From contig JAYUTK010000001.1 in NCBI GenBank assembly GCA_043755195.1, positions 2,875-66,874 on the forward strand: a stretch of DNA of 64,000 bases. Direction: 5' to 3'. Origin of the DNA: Gallionellaceae bacterium (lineage in GTDB: Bacteria; Pseudomonadota; Gammaproteobacteria; Burkholderiales; Gallionellaceae). Shown here one piece after another: positions 31,378 through 40,508 of this stretch. Under the pieces are notes generated by a model. It searched no databases, was not told where the DNA came from, and saw nothing but the letters and a program-made list of their open reading frames with translations. Positions within the stretch are counted from its first letter, which is position 1, and the number at the start of each line of letters is the position of its first letter. Position numbers and translations under genes: made by a program.

Positions 31378-32439
31378 TCATCCTCCAACTGGAAGGTACA
31401 TTGTTATCTGCACAGGCTCTTTCCCGTAATGGAGAGCTACTTTTGATCTAAGCTCGTTAATTGTGTGGCAATCTTTCGCCATACCAACAATCTCAAAGCA
31501 TCTTGAAACCAACTGACGCGCACCGTAGTTCTCCGTAAGCTGACTATGCCAGCGTACCCCTGCCGGTGGCTTGTTATCCTTTAGGTAAATTGCGACATCA
31601 GGGTCAAGAGTTTCATAAATCAATTCAATAACCAGCTTTCCCCACCATTTTGGCCTGCTATGCAAAGACCCTTTCCATCCGGTAAGCCTGCCGAACTCTT
31701 CCCACAATTCATCTGGAAATGTTTTTTCCCATGCTCGAAGCTCGTCAGCTATAAAAGCCTTCAATTTAATTTGCAATGCATCACCCTCGCGCACAAATTG
31801 ATAACCAGTGGCCTCATCAATAAGAGCGATTAATCCAATTTTAGCGCATGAAGATAGAAGAATAGCGCAAGACATTGCATTCTCCTTTTGCCGCTCTGTC
31901 TTGAGCGCATCTGACGTAAAGGCCGCCACATACCCCTGACAAACTTCAAGGAATATTTCAGCCGTCAACCCACTACCTTTGAATTGTGTGCCCGGAATAG
32001 AAAAAGACAGAATTTCCCCCAGCACTTTTTCCTTGTTAATAAACAGCTTAAGCGCTTCTACACCTATGTAATCCCCCAGGTTCCCAGAATCAACTTTTGC
32101 TATTGCCTGAACTGCTGATCTCATGCTTATTACCCGTTCACCGGTATTAAGAACATAGCAATCAACCGATGCGCCACCGAGTTGCAATTCTCCTTTGTGC
32201 TTCGCAAAAGTTTCTACTGATTCCGCAGGAATTAGTACTATTTTATTTGACGGCGGCATAAAGTCATGCGGGGATAAATCAATTCCACGTTCCGAGGCTA
32301 ATTCGAGCAATTGCTTGTGCCATTTTTGCGGGATATTTCCTTTCTTAACCCAATACGCAATAGTGCTTTGCCCTTTACTAATCAAAGCGGCAAGTTCAGT
32401 TTGATTGTTAAACTTGGAAATAATCTTTTTAACGTCCAT
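31378..32439 (-). CDS. P63C-domain protein with N-terminal Cro/CI-like HTH
   Basis: QTELAALISKGQSTIAYW HTH; GELQLGG..DCYVLNTGERVIS; ALIDEATGYQ, WEKTFPDE, WWGKL P63C-type motifs. Confidence 0.8.
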   Translation of the reverse strand: MDVKKIISKFNNQTELAALISKGQSTIAYWVKKGNIPQKWHKQLLELASERGIDLSPHDFMPPSNKIVLIPAESVETFAKHKGELQLGGASVDCYVLNTGERVISMRSAVQAIAKVDSGNLGDYIGVEALKLFINKEKVLGEILSFSIPGTQFKGSGLTAEIFLEVCQGYVAAFTSDALKTERQKENAMSCAILLSSCAKIGLIALIDEATGYQFVREGDALQIKLKAFIADELRAWEKTFPDELWEEFGRLTGWKGSLHSRPKWWGKLVIELIYETLDPDVAIYLKDNKPPAGVRWHSQLTENYGARQLVSRCFEIVGMAKDCHTINELRSKVALHYGKEPVQITMYLPVGG

Positions 32440-32552
32440 ACGATCACCTTTTGATAAATTGATAAAACAGATAGTAAACTATCAAAATAACTGTTGTCAA
32501 TATCAAATTTATCAGGCATAATTTCAACCTGAACGATGCTTAAGGGGTTGCC

Positions 32553-33434
32553 ATGAACGTCCTGCCAATTGAAAAACGCGCACAAATCATTAACCTGCTG
32601 GTTGAAGGCAACTCCATGCGCGCCACTTCCCGCCTTGCTGATTGCTCAATAAACACCGTTACCAAGCTGCTTATAGACGTTGGCATGGCCTGTAGCGAGT
32701 ATCAGGACAAGGCCATGCGCAACCTTACTTGCAAGCGCATCCAGTGCGATGAAATATGGGCATTCTGCTACTGCAAGGAAAAGAATGTTGCGCCTGAGCA
32801 TGAGGGGATACTTGGCTTTGGCGATGTTTGGACTTGGACTGCGATAGATGCCGATACCAAACTTGTTCCGTCTTTCATGGTGGGCAAGCGTGACGCAGAA
32901 TATGCGCAAGGCTTCATTGAGGATTTAGCCTCTCGCTTGGCTAATCGCGTCCAACTGACTACAGACGGCCACAAGGCATATTTGACAGCGGTAGAAGATG
33001 CTTTTGGGCGAGATATAGACTACTCCATGCTAGTGAAGCACTACGGCAATCCAGCGGGTGAAATGCAAGGCCAGAAGCGTTATAGCCCTTCCAGTTTTGT
33101 GAGCGCAGAAAAGCGTCATGTTGCTGGCAACCCAGATGTTAAGCACGTTTCCACCAGCTATGTAGAGCGCCAGAATTTAACCATGCGCATGTCCATGCGC
33201 CGCTTTACTCGCCTGACCAACGGCTTTAGCAAAAAGGTTGAAAACTTGGAACACATGGTCGCGCTGCACTTCATGCACTACAACTTTGTGCGCATCCATA
33301 AAACATTGCACACAACTCCCGCAATGGCGGCAGGGGTAAGTGATAAACTATGGAGCATTGCTGATATTGCAGCGCTTGTTCCTGAGCCTGTAGCCGCAAA
33401 GCGTGGCAGCTACAAAAATAAAAAATCAAACTAA
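32553..33434 (+). CDS. IS1-family DDE transposase (single ORF)
   Basis: HTH SMRATSRLADCSINTV; IQCDEIW, TTDGHKAY, VERQNLTMRMSMRRFTR. Confidence 0.93.
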   Translation: MNVLPIEKRAQIINLLVEGNSMRATSRLADCSINTVTKLLIDVGMACSEYQDKAMRNLTCKRIQCDEIWAFCYCKEKNVAPEHEGILGFGDVWTWTAIDADTKLVPSFMVGKRDAEYAQGFIEDLASRLANRVQLTTDGHKAYLTAVEDAFGRDIDYSMLVKHYGNPAGEMQGQKRYSPSSFVSAEKRHVAGNPDVKHVSTSYVERQNLTMRMSMRRFTRLTNGFSKKVENLEHMVALHFMHYNFVRIHKTLHTTPAMAAGVSDKLWSIADIAALVPEPVAAKRGSYKNKKSN

Positions 33435-33687
33435 GTGTGCTGACGCACAGAATCGTGGTAAATTTCCGTATAGCATCATTCACTACGCATTGCAATTTTT
33501 TAAATGCTAGCCATCTTGACTTGACCAACAATTAGCTCTACTCTGCGCGCGTTTATGTATTAACAGACATTTTGAATTAAAGTATCTGCGGATTATTCCG
33601 ATAACGATAGTAAGAACTTTGTGTGGTAGTGGCTGTCATATGTCTGTGCCGCTGATTTTGGTGGAAAAATAGTCCTTGGAGGGAGTT

Positions 33688-33726
33688 ATGTTTAATATCG
33701 CTAAAGAAGAAGGATGGGATGGTTGA
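33688..33726 (+). CDS. Putative 12-aa peptide MFNIAKEEGWDG
   Basis: Strong RBS ggagggag, ATG...TGA, ending 3 nt before the DUF4760 start. Confidence 0.4.
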   Translation: MFNIAKEEGWDG

Positions 33727-33729
33727 GTT

Positions 33730-34239
33730 ATGGATGCACAAGAGCCAGTAAAAATAATTCTCTGGTTCGGTGAGTCAATAGGCTTCTGGATACAAACAGG
33801 AGCCGTTTTTTTATCCGCTGTTGCAGCTATATTTGTTATTCATCATAACGGGGTGTTGGCTAGAAGAAGATCAACGATTGACCATATAATTCACCAAAAA
33901 AGCAATGAGGCCATACTTAATGCGATTCATATCGTGTATAGATTGCACGATGATAACGTGCAATTCAGCCAGTATTTGGATAAACAGGATTCTGATGAAT
34001 TCAAGGCGATATTAAAAGTATTAAATAATCATGAATTCATTGCAGTTGGTATTCGCCGCAAGGCATTTGAAGAGCGTATTTATAAGGAACTTCAGTACTC
34101 TAATTTTGTGAAAGTGTATAATTCTGCCGCTGGGATAATTGCCGAAATAAGAAAAAAACAAAATAGTCATACTTTATTCCAAGAATTTGAGTGGCTAATA
34201 AAAAGATGGGAAAAATGCCCACTCAAGAGACGCACATAA
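33730..34239 (+). CDS. DUF4760-like protein (IS passenger)
   Basis: N-terminal TM, RRSTID, VLNNHEFIAVGIRRKAFEE..YK, FQEFEWL. Confidence 0.75.
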   Translation: MDAQEPVKIILWFGESIGFWIQTGAVFLSAVAAIFVIHHNGVLARRRSTIDHIIHQKSNEAILNAIHIVYRLHDDNVQFSQYLDKQDSDEFKAILKVLNNHEFIAVGIRRKAFEERIYKELQYSNFVKVYNSAAGIIAEIRKKQNSHTLFQEFEWLIKRWEKCPLKRRT

Positions 34240-34252
34240 AATCTGAACATAT

Positions 34253-34277
34253 ATCCCGCTTCGGCGGGATTTTTTAT
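34253..34277 (+). terminator. Rho-independent terminator just inside the right TIR
   Basis: atcccgc-ttcg-gcgggat followed by a T-tract. Confidence 0.85.
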
Positions 34278-34318
34278 TTATATTTCAAACTGAGACACTA
34301 CCAAAACGCTCTATCGCG

Positions 34319-34346
34319 TTGACACGATGAGTCAAGTCCGTATAAT
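34319..34346 (+). promoter_or_regulatory. Sigma70 promoter of the tRNA operon
   Basis: TTGACA-N16-TATAAT followed by a GC-rich discriminator gcgcgcgtcc. Confidence 0.88.
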
Positions 34347-34369
34347 GCGCGCGTCCTTAAATGGGATGT

Positions 34370-34445
34370 GGGTCGTTAGCTCAGCCGGTAGAGCAGCGGA
34401 CTTTTAATCCGTTGGTCGCCAGTTCGAATCTGGCACGACCTACCA
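34370..34445 (+). tRNA. tRNA-Lys(TTT)
   Basis: 76 nt; acceptor GGGTCGT/ACGACCT, anticodon loop CTTTTAA, TTCGAAT, encoded CCA. Confidence 0.97.
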
Positions 34446-34488
34446 CAGCGTAAAAAGTTTTATCAGTCTGTTCTGCATCAGCATCATC

Positions 34489-34564
34489 GCCGCTTTAGCT
34501 CAGTTGGTAGAGCAACCGCCTTGTAAGCGGTAGGTCGTCAGTTCGAATCCGACAAGCGGCACCA
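34489..34564 (+). tRNA. tRNA-Thr(TGT)
   Basis: 76 nt; acceptor GCCGCTT/AAGCGGC, anticodon loop CTTGTAA, TTCGAAT, encoded CCA. Confidence 0.97.
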
Positions 34565-34570
34565 ATATAC

Positions 34571-34599
34571 AAAAGGCTTGCAGCGATGCAGGCCTTTTT
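34571..34599 (+). terminator. Terminator after the tRNA operon
   Basis: aaaaggcttgca-gcga-tgcaggcctttt. Confidence 0.8.
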
Positions 34600-34722
34600 C
34601 ACGTCTAGCAGATTCGTATCTGTATAGGCGCAGTTCAAATTTTGTCCGGTTTTGCGGTATCATTTCCCATCACCACCGATCTTAGCCTACAGTTTCCAAT
34701 TCCCGATCAAAGAGATATTTAC

Positions 34723-34774
34723 GTAGGGCGGGTCACATCCGCCAACGAACAACGGCGGGTGTGACCCGCCCTAC
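34723..34774. repeat. GTAG-type REP doublet
   Basis: gtagggcgggtcaca ... tgtgacccgccctac; half copy at about 44397-44415. Confidence 0.75.
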
Positions 34775-34792
34775 AAATTACTTTACCTTTGA

Positions 34793-34972
34793 ACCCAGAT
34801 TTTCCATTAGCATTCTACTGCGGACGCTCAATAGGCCGAATCTGCACGAAAAAAATCAAAAAATGTTCTGTCAACGTAGAATGACTACGCCCTCCGAACA
34901 TTTTTTGATTTTTTTCGCACATCTTCAACCTCTTGATCGCCCTCGCTACGAGTGCTAATGGAAAATCTGGGT
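34793..34972. mobile_element. 180-bp MITE with ACCCAGATTTTCCATTAGCA termini
   Basis: Perfect 20-bp TIRs; flanked on both sides by TGA (34790-34792, 34973-34975). Confidence 0.85.
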
Positions 34973-35101
34973 TGAAGTGGAAATAAAATGATTGGCAATA
35001 ACATCCACCTTCCCATAACAAATATGGGATTGCCCAACGTCGGGTTCTATATGCTTGCGCTCTATTTCGTGATGTTGATCCACCCTGATTAAGGAGGCTC
35101 T

Positions 35102-36187
35102 GTGAAACGACTCATACTGTGCTGTGACGGAACATGGAACAAGGCCGATCAAGAAGATAACGGCACCCCTTGCCCAACTAATGTCGTCAAGATCAGTTAC
35201 CAGATCGCCAAGCGCGACGGTGATATTCCGCAAATTATTTACTATGACCAAGGAGTGGGTAGCGGAAATGCTTTGGACCGACTGTCGGGCGGAGCATTCG
35301 GGCAGGGGTTGGAGGACAACATCCACGACGCTTATCGCTTCCTGATTGCGAACTACGAGTATGGCGACGAGTTGTATTTATTCGGCTTCAGCCGCGGCGC
35401 GTTCACTGCCCGCAGCATCGCGGGCATGATCCGAAAATGCGGTGTACTGAGGCGCGAATTCGTCAAGCATTATCGCGATGCAATTGCGCTGTACCGCTCG
35501 GAACACCACCCTGCCGACCCCGCCGCTATGAAATTCAGACAGGGTTATTCTGTTTGCAGAGGGGGCGACATCAAGATCAGATTCATCGGGGTTTGGGATA
35601 CAGTTGGCGCGCTCGGCATTCCACTACGCGGCCTGCGATGGCTTACGAGTGATCTGTACGAGTTTCACGACACCGAACTGAGCGGCGCAGTCGAGTATGC
35701 CTACCATGCTCTCGCCATTGATGAACGCCGTGCGCCGTTTGAACCGACGCTCTGGATGTACAAGCCCAAGCCCTGGCAAACAATCGAACAAAAGTGGTTC
35801 TGCGGTGTACATAGCGATGTTGGCGGCGGTTACCCCGAACACGGGCTGTCCGATATCACGCTCGAATGGATGATAGGCAGAGCGCAGGGTGCGGGGCTTA
35901 AATTCGATAGCGCAGCGATGCTTGCCCACGCACTTAAACCCGATCCGTGCGCCTTGTTACATAACTCAAAAACTGGCTTGTATCGGCTGACCACGGGTTC
36001 AGATCGCTCAATAGGCTGGAGCATCAACACCGCGAATGCGTCTGTCGAGGCCAAGTACCAGAACGACCCAACACAATCCCTGCATGACAGCGTACTGACC
36101 CGCTGGGACAACGACACCGCATACCGCCCACCTGCGCTTAGAGATTACTTCAAAAGAATCAGCGACCGCCGGGGTAATGGAAAGTAG
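35102..36187 (+). CDS. DUF2235 (Tle1-like alpha/beta-hydrolase) protein
   Basis: LILCCDGTWN, YYDQGVG, LFGFSRGAFTAR, IGVWDTVGALG, HALAIDERR, WFCGVHSDVGGG. Confidence 0.92.
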   Translation: MKRLILCCDGTWNKADQEDNGTPCPTNVVKISYQIAKRDGDIPQIIYYDQGVGSGNALDRLSGGAFGQGLEDNIHDAYRFLIANYEYGDELYLFGFSRGAFTARSIAGMIRKCGVLRREFVKHYRDAIALYRSEHHPADPAAMKFRQGYSVCRGGDIKIRFIGVWDTVGALGIPLRGLRWLTSDLYEFHDTELSGAVEYAYHALAIDERRAPFEPTLWMYKPKPWQTIEQKWFCGVHSDVGGGYPEHGLSDITLEWMIGRAQGAGLKFDSAAMLAHALKPDPCALLHNSKTGLYRLTTGSDRSIGWSINTANASVEAKYQNDPTQSLHDSVLTRWDNDTAYRPPALRDYFKRISDRRGNGK

Positions 36188-36189
36188 GG

Positions 36190-37206
36190 TTACCCCTTCT
36201 TGGCTAATCTCGATGAATGACAAATAGCCCAATAGTAGCCTGCAAATATCAGTAAAAAAGCGGCGAGCATCACATTTTCTCGTACCTTGAAATACCAACC
36301 CGCCAAACCAATCAAGCCCATTAAAATTGAAATCATCATTATCAGCAGCACGGTTTTTGAAACAGACAGGCCAGCTTGCAAAAACAAGTGGTGTAAATGT
36401 TCGCTGTCTGCCGAAAACGGGCTGCGTCTCTTCAAGATGCGGCGCACCATGCAACGCACCGTATCCATCAACGGGATTGCAAATATCCACACCATGGTGA
36501 CAGGAGTCACGACCTTACCTAGATCAACAGCAAACCACACCAGTGTAAAACCCAGCATCATGCTGCCCGCATCGCCCATAAATATTGACGCTTTTTTGCG
36601 CCAGGGTGAGCGCATATTAAAAATTAAAAAGCCGAGCACGGCTGCTACCAGAATAAAAATGAGGGACGCATGCAAAGCCATGCCAAAAAATAAAGCGATA
36701 GCTCCCAGAAAAAATAATATCGTTAATGAAACCCCGCCCGCCAGTCCGTCTATGCCATCAATCATATTGAGTGCATTAATGACCCCCAGAACAGAAAATA
36801 CGGTGAATGGAATCGCCCAGCCATACAGGTGGACGCTGCCCCCACCGAATAAATTACCCAAATCCTCTATGACTACACCCCCCCATGAGGTCATCAGGAG
36901 CGCGGCAAAAATTTGCGCAATGAACCGACTGCGTGTGCTCAAATCGTGCAAATCATCCAGCAAACCTACCAGCACCAAAATAATCATTGCGGCAAATAAT
37001 GCATAAAACTGATCCAGTGACTGCCCGGAGCTCAGCGCAGCTAACATAAATGCAATAAATATTGCCAGGCCCCCGATTAAGGGGGGCGCTCCAACATGAT
37101 TTTTACGACCTACAGGCGTATCCACCAAGCCCAATTTTATTGCGGGTCGTCTCAGAAAAAGAATCAGCACGATGGTTAGGCAGAACGCAGTCACATAGCT
37201 AAACAA
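36190..37206 (-). CDS. wecA: WecA/MraY-family undecaprenyl-phosphate HexNAc-1-P transferase
   Basis: GLLDD, INALNMIDGIDGLAGG, FMGDAGSMMLG, DSEHLHH. Confidence 0.9.
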   Translation of the reverse strand: MFSYVTAFCLTIVLILFLRRPAIKLGLVDTPVGRKNHVGAPPLIGGLAIFIAFMLAALSSGQSLDQFYALFAAMIILVLVGLLDDLHDLSTRSRFIAQIFAALLMTSWGGVVIEDLGNLFGGGSVHLYGWAIPFTVFSVLGVINALNMIDGIDGLAGGVSLTILFFLGAIALFFGMALHASLIFILVAAVLGFLIFNMRSPWRKKASIFMGDAGSMMLGFTLVWFAVDLGKVVTPVTMVWIFAIPLMDTVRCMVRRILKRRSPFSADSEHLHHLFLQAGLSVSKTVLLIMMISILMGLIGLAGWYFKVRENVMLAAFLLIFAGYYWAICHSSRLAKKG

Positions 37207-37227
37207 TTAAACCCCCTGGATATATTT

Positions 37228-38373
37228 TTATTTCAGTCCTGAAGTGATCTTCCCAATAGCGCGCAAGTATCGCTCGATTACAATTTTTTCATCGAACTCG
37301 CGCTCCATTTTTTTTCGACCTGCAACTCCCATGCGCTCACGCTCGTCCGGGGTCATTGCGATGATGCACTCTAATTTTTCGGCCAAATCAACTGCATCGC
37401 GCACTCGGCACAACAAGCCATTCACCCCATCGTCCACCACATCACGGCATCCGACCACATCCGTTGTTACGATCGGCCTGCCCATAGCTGCCGCCTCTAA
37501 CAAAGAGCGCGGCACACCTTCGCGATAAGAAGGCAGCACCACGCAATCAGCGGCGGCTAGGTGCGGCTTAACATCAACTGCCACGCCAAGATATTCGACT
37601 ACGCCTTCCCTTACCCAATCGTCCATCTCTGTACTTGAAACTGCGGTCTGATTTTTCACATCCAAAAAACCCAGCAGTTGAAACTTTACCGTCGGATATT
37701 GACGTCGAATTATTCGTGCTGCCGCGACGTATTCCCCCACGCCCTTGTCCCACAACAAGCGCGCAACCAGCAAAAAACGAAATGGGTGACCTGGTAAAGG
37801 AGGTATCGGCACAACGCTAAAAATATTCAGATCAATGCCTGAACCCGGCAGACGGCTGATTTTGGCCGGGGAAACCAGGCCGCTTTCGACAAATAAGCGC
37901 ATATCCTCATTATTCTGAAAAAATACATGGCGCGAACGCGATAAAGCAGTCTTGTACAGCAGCCGCACCAATCGGGTAAGCCAGCTATCGCGTATAAATA
38001 CCGTCCCCAAGCCTGCGATATTATTTATCACTGGAATGCCCAACACATGGGCCGCCAAAGAACCATAAATATTAGGCTTGACGGTGTAGCCCAAAAACAC
38101 ATCGGGTTGCTCATGCTTCAGCAATTTCCAAAACCTAAAGAACAGCAACAAATCGCGTCCCGGATGCGTGCCCTGATTATCCATCGGCAGCGCAACAAAG
38201 CGGCAACCCAATGCAGCCAAGCGCGGGGCATATTCATCATTCGGCGCAAGAGCCACCACCTCATAACCTTGGGCAACCAAGGCGCGTATCAAACCCGCAC
38301 GAAAGTTGACCAGGTTCCAGGCTGTGTTGAGAGCGATCACCACCTTTAGTTTGCACAAAGGCGAGTTGTTCAT
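37228..38373 (-). CDS. GT4 glycosyltransferase (PglA/WbnH-like)
   Basis: NTAWNLVNFR, YTVKPNIYG, LPSYREGVPRSLLEAAAMG; ATG 38373 overlaps the asnB stop. Confidence 0.92.
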   Translation of the reverse strand: MNNSPLCKLKVVIALNTAWNLVNFRAGLIRALVAQGYEVVALAPNDEYAPRLAALGCRFVALPMDNQGTHPGRDLLLFFRFWKLLKHEQPDVFLGYTVKPNIYGSLAAHVLGIPVINNIAGLGTVFIRDSWLTRLVRLLYKTALSRSRHVFFQNNEDMRLFVESGLVSPAKISRLPGSGIDLNIFSVVPIPPLPGHPFRFLLVARLLWDKGVGEYVAAARIIRRQYPTVKFQLLGFLDVKNQTAVSSTEMDDWVREGVVEYLGVAVDVKPHLAAADCVVLPSYREGVPRSLLEAAAMGRPIVTTDVVGCRDVVDDGVNGLLCRVRDAVDLAEKLECIIAMTPDERERMGVAGRKKMEREFDEKIVIERYLRAIGKITSGLK

Positions 38374-40508
38374 TGCTTCTCCAACCATGCCTGAAACATC
38401 AACACATTCCACAGCTGTGCCATCCAATTGCGCTTGCCGCTTAGATGCTCAGCCCACAATTGCCGAATGGATGCCGGGTGAAAATATCCCTCGCGCTGCA
38501 AGCGCGCTTCGTCCAACAAGTCTTCCACCCAATCGCGCAATGGCCCGCGCAACCAATTGTCTAAAGGCACACCAAATCCCATCTTGGGGCGATCAATGAG
38601 TTCGCGCGGAACGTGGCGGTAAAGCACCTGGCGCAATGGCCACTTGGTTTGTCCATCGCGCAGTTTGTATTCCAGCGGCAAACTCCAGGCAAACTCGACA
38701 AGCCGGTGATCCAGAAACGGTACCCGGCTTTCAAGCGACACGCCCATCCCCGCACGATCCACCTTGACCAAAATGTCATCCGGCAAGTAGCTGATCGTAT
38801 CCAGTGCCATCATACGTTCCACATCGTTCAACCCTTCCAGCTCAGGTCGCGCTCCCATCAAGTGTGTCGGTGGTTCTTTACCGTTAATCACCCAGTCTGC
38901 CGGATTACGAAGATGCGAAACGATACCCAGGTAAAGATCATCCACTGTGCGACTTGCCAGCACCCCTGCCCCCTTGTGCAATTTATCTCCCAACGGAGAA
39001 TAGCGTGCCGCACCGGGGATGAAACGTGCCAAATCATCCCACTTTTCCGGTGCTATCGAGGTAATACCCTTCGCCATCAACGCAAGCAATGGAGCAGGCA
39101 CGAGCGCCAATTTTCGCCACAAATTTTCCGTAATCTGGTAGCGGTTATATCCGCAAAACAACTCATCCCCTGCATCACCCGACAGCGACACCGTCACATG
39201 CTGTTTAGCCAACTGGCTCACCAAAAAAGTGGGTATCTGCGATGAATCCGCAAACGGCTCGCAATACAAGCCGGGCAAACGCGGAATCACCTCCATCGCC
39301 TGCTGCGGTGACACATACAACTCGGTATGCTCCGTGCCCAAATGCCGTGCCACGGCCTTGGCGTAAACTGCCTCGTTGTAACCTGCTTCGTTGAAACCGA
39401 TGGTGAATGTTTTAACCGGACGTGAAGACTGCGCCTGCATCAAAGCCACCACCGTGCTGGAATCAATACCCCCCGACAAAAATGCGCCCAACGGCACATC
39501 CGCCATCATCTGCTGCCGCACCGCGTCCTTGGCCAAGGTTTCCAGCGCGTCCACCGCTTCATCAGCCGTGCCTGCAAATGGCTTAGTCACACCAGCGCGC
39601 GCCACCTCAACCGAATCCCAATATTTCCGAATCCTGGGCTCAGGCTGTTCCAATGAAACAGACAACAAACACCCCGGCTCCAGCTTGGCGATGCCTTGAT
39701 AAATGGAATATGGTGCGGGAATATAGTTATGACGCAATAGCAAGCAAAGTGCGCCACGGTCTATGTCTGCCGCAAAAGCAGGATGCGCCTTGAGCGCCTT
39801 AAGCTCCGAGCCAAACAAAAACACTCGCTCGTTACCCTCACCCTGCCAGCCGTAATACAGCGGCTTTTCGCCCATCCGGTCGCGCGCCAAAGTCAGCGTT
39901 TGCGTTTCACGATCCCACAAGGCAATCGCAAACATACCGATTGATTTCTTGATCGTGGCCTCCACCCCCCAAGCCTCAATCCCTGCCAGCAAAGTCTCAG
40001 TGTCCGAATGCCCGCGCCACCGAATTGCTCCCTCTCCCACCGGGGGAGGGCTGGGGAGGGGGAGATCCTCCTCCACCCCCTTTGAAAAATGGGGGCTAGG
40101 GCAATGCTGTTCACTTAACCGTTCGTGGTGAGCTTGTCGAACCACTAGCTTCGCAAGCTGGAGCCCTTCGACAAGCTCAGGGCGAACGGAAATTTGCCTA
40201 AGTGAACAGCATTGGGGGCTGGGGGGGATTTGCTCCAACTCCCCCCGCAACTCCAAATGGTTATAAATCTCCCCATTGAACGCAATCACAAACCGCCCAC
40301 TCGCTGACACCATCGGCTGATGACCCGCCGGGGACAAATCCACAATCGCCAAGCGCCGATGCCCAAGCCCAACACGCTGCTCAGCGTCGCACCAAACCCC
40401 GCCATCATCCGGCCCGCGATGAATGAGCGTATCCGCCATGCGCCGCAGCAGGACATCGTTCCCATTCTCACGAGCTAACCCACCCAAAAATCCGACCAAG
40501 CCACACAT
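38370..40508 (-). CDS. asnB: Asparagine-synthase-like glutamine amidotransferase of polysaccharide clusters, with an extra loop of about 60 aa
   Basis: MCGLVG, HRGPD, HRRLAIVDLS, NGEIYNH, SDTE, RDRMGEKPLYY, LSGGIDSS, LSGDAGDELF, KVDRAGM. Confidence 0.93.
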   Translation of the reverse strand: MCGLVGFLGGLARENGNDVLLRRMADTLIHRGPDDGGVWCDAEQRVGLGHRRLAIVDLSPAGHQPMVSASGRFVIAFNGEIYNHLELRGELEQIPPSPQCCSLRQISVRPELVEGLQLAKLVVRQAHHERLSEQHCPSPHFSKGVEEDLPLPSPPPVGEGAIRWRGHSDTETLLAGIEAWGVEATIKKSIGMFAIALWDRETQTLTLARDRMGEKPLYYGWQGEGNERVFLFGSELKALKAHPAFAADIDRGALCLLLRHNYIPAPYSIYQGIAKLEPGCLLSVSLEQPEPRIRKYWDSVEVARAGVTKPFAGTADEAVDALETLAKDAVRQQMMADVPLGAFLSGGIDSSTVVALMQAQSSRPVKTFTIGFNEAGYNEAVYAKAVARHLGTEHTELYVSPQQAMEVIPRLPGLYCEPFADSSQIPTFLVSQLAKQHVTVSLSGDAGDELFCGYNRYQITENLWRKLALVPAPLLALMAKGITSIAPEKWDDLARFIPGAARYSPLGDKLHKGAGVLASRTVDDLYLGIVSHLRNPADWVINGKEPPTHLMGARPELEGLNDVERMMALDTISYLPDDILVKVDRAGMGVSLESRVPFLDHRLVEFAWSLPLEYKLRDGQTKWPLRQVLYRHVPRELIDRPKMGFGVPLDNWLRGPLRDWVEDLLDEARLQREGYFHPASIRQLWAEHLSGKRNWMAQLWNVLMFQAWLEKQ
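40102..40214. mobile_element. 113-bp MITE inserted in frame in the asnB-like gene
   Basis: TIR caatgctgttcactta / taagtgaacagcattg; 10-bp flanks ggggctaggg and ggggctgggg; 113+10=123 nt. Confidence 0.9.

Larger units (their letters stand above)
31080..34302. mobile_element. IS1-family element with passenger genes (3,223 bp)
   Basis: TIR ggtagtgtctcagtttgaaat (31080-31100) / atttcaaactgagacactacc (34282-34302); perfect 9-bp TSD aaaacgctc at 31071-31079 and 34303-34311. Confidence 0.93.

Noticed and set aside
31080-36187. Prophage or ICE integrated at tRNA-Lys/Thr
   Set aside because: No tyrosine/serine integrase, no duplicated tRNA 3' end found, no structural genes; TIRs and TSD fully explain 31080-34302
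35102-36187. T6SS effector-immunity module
   Set aside because: No vgrG, PAAR, adaptor or immunity gene adjacent
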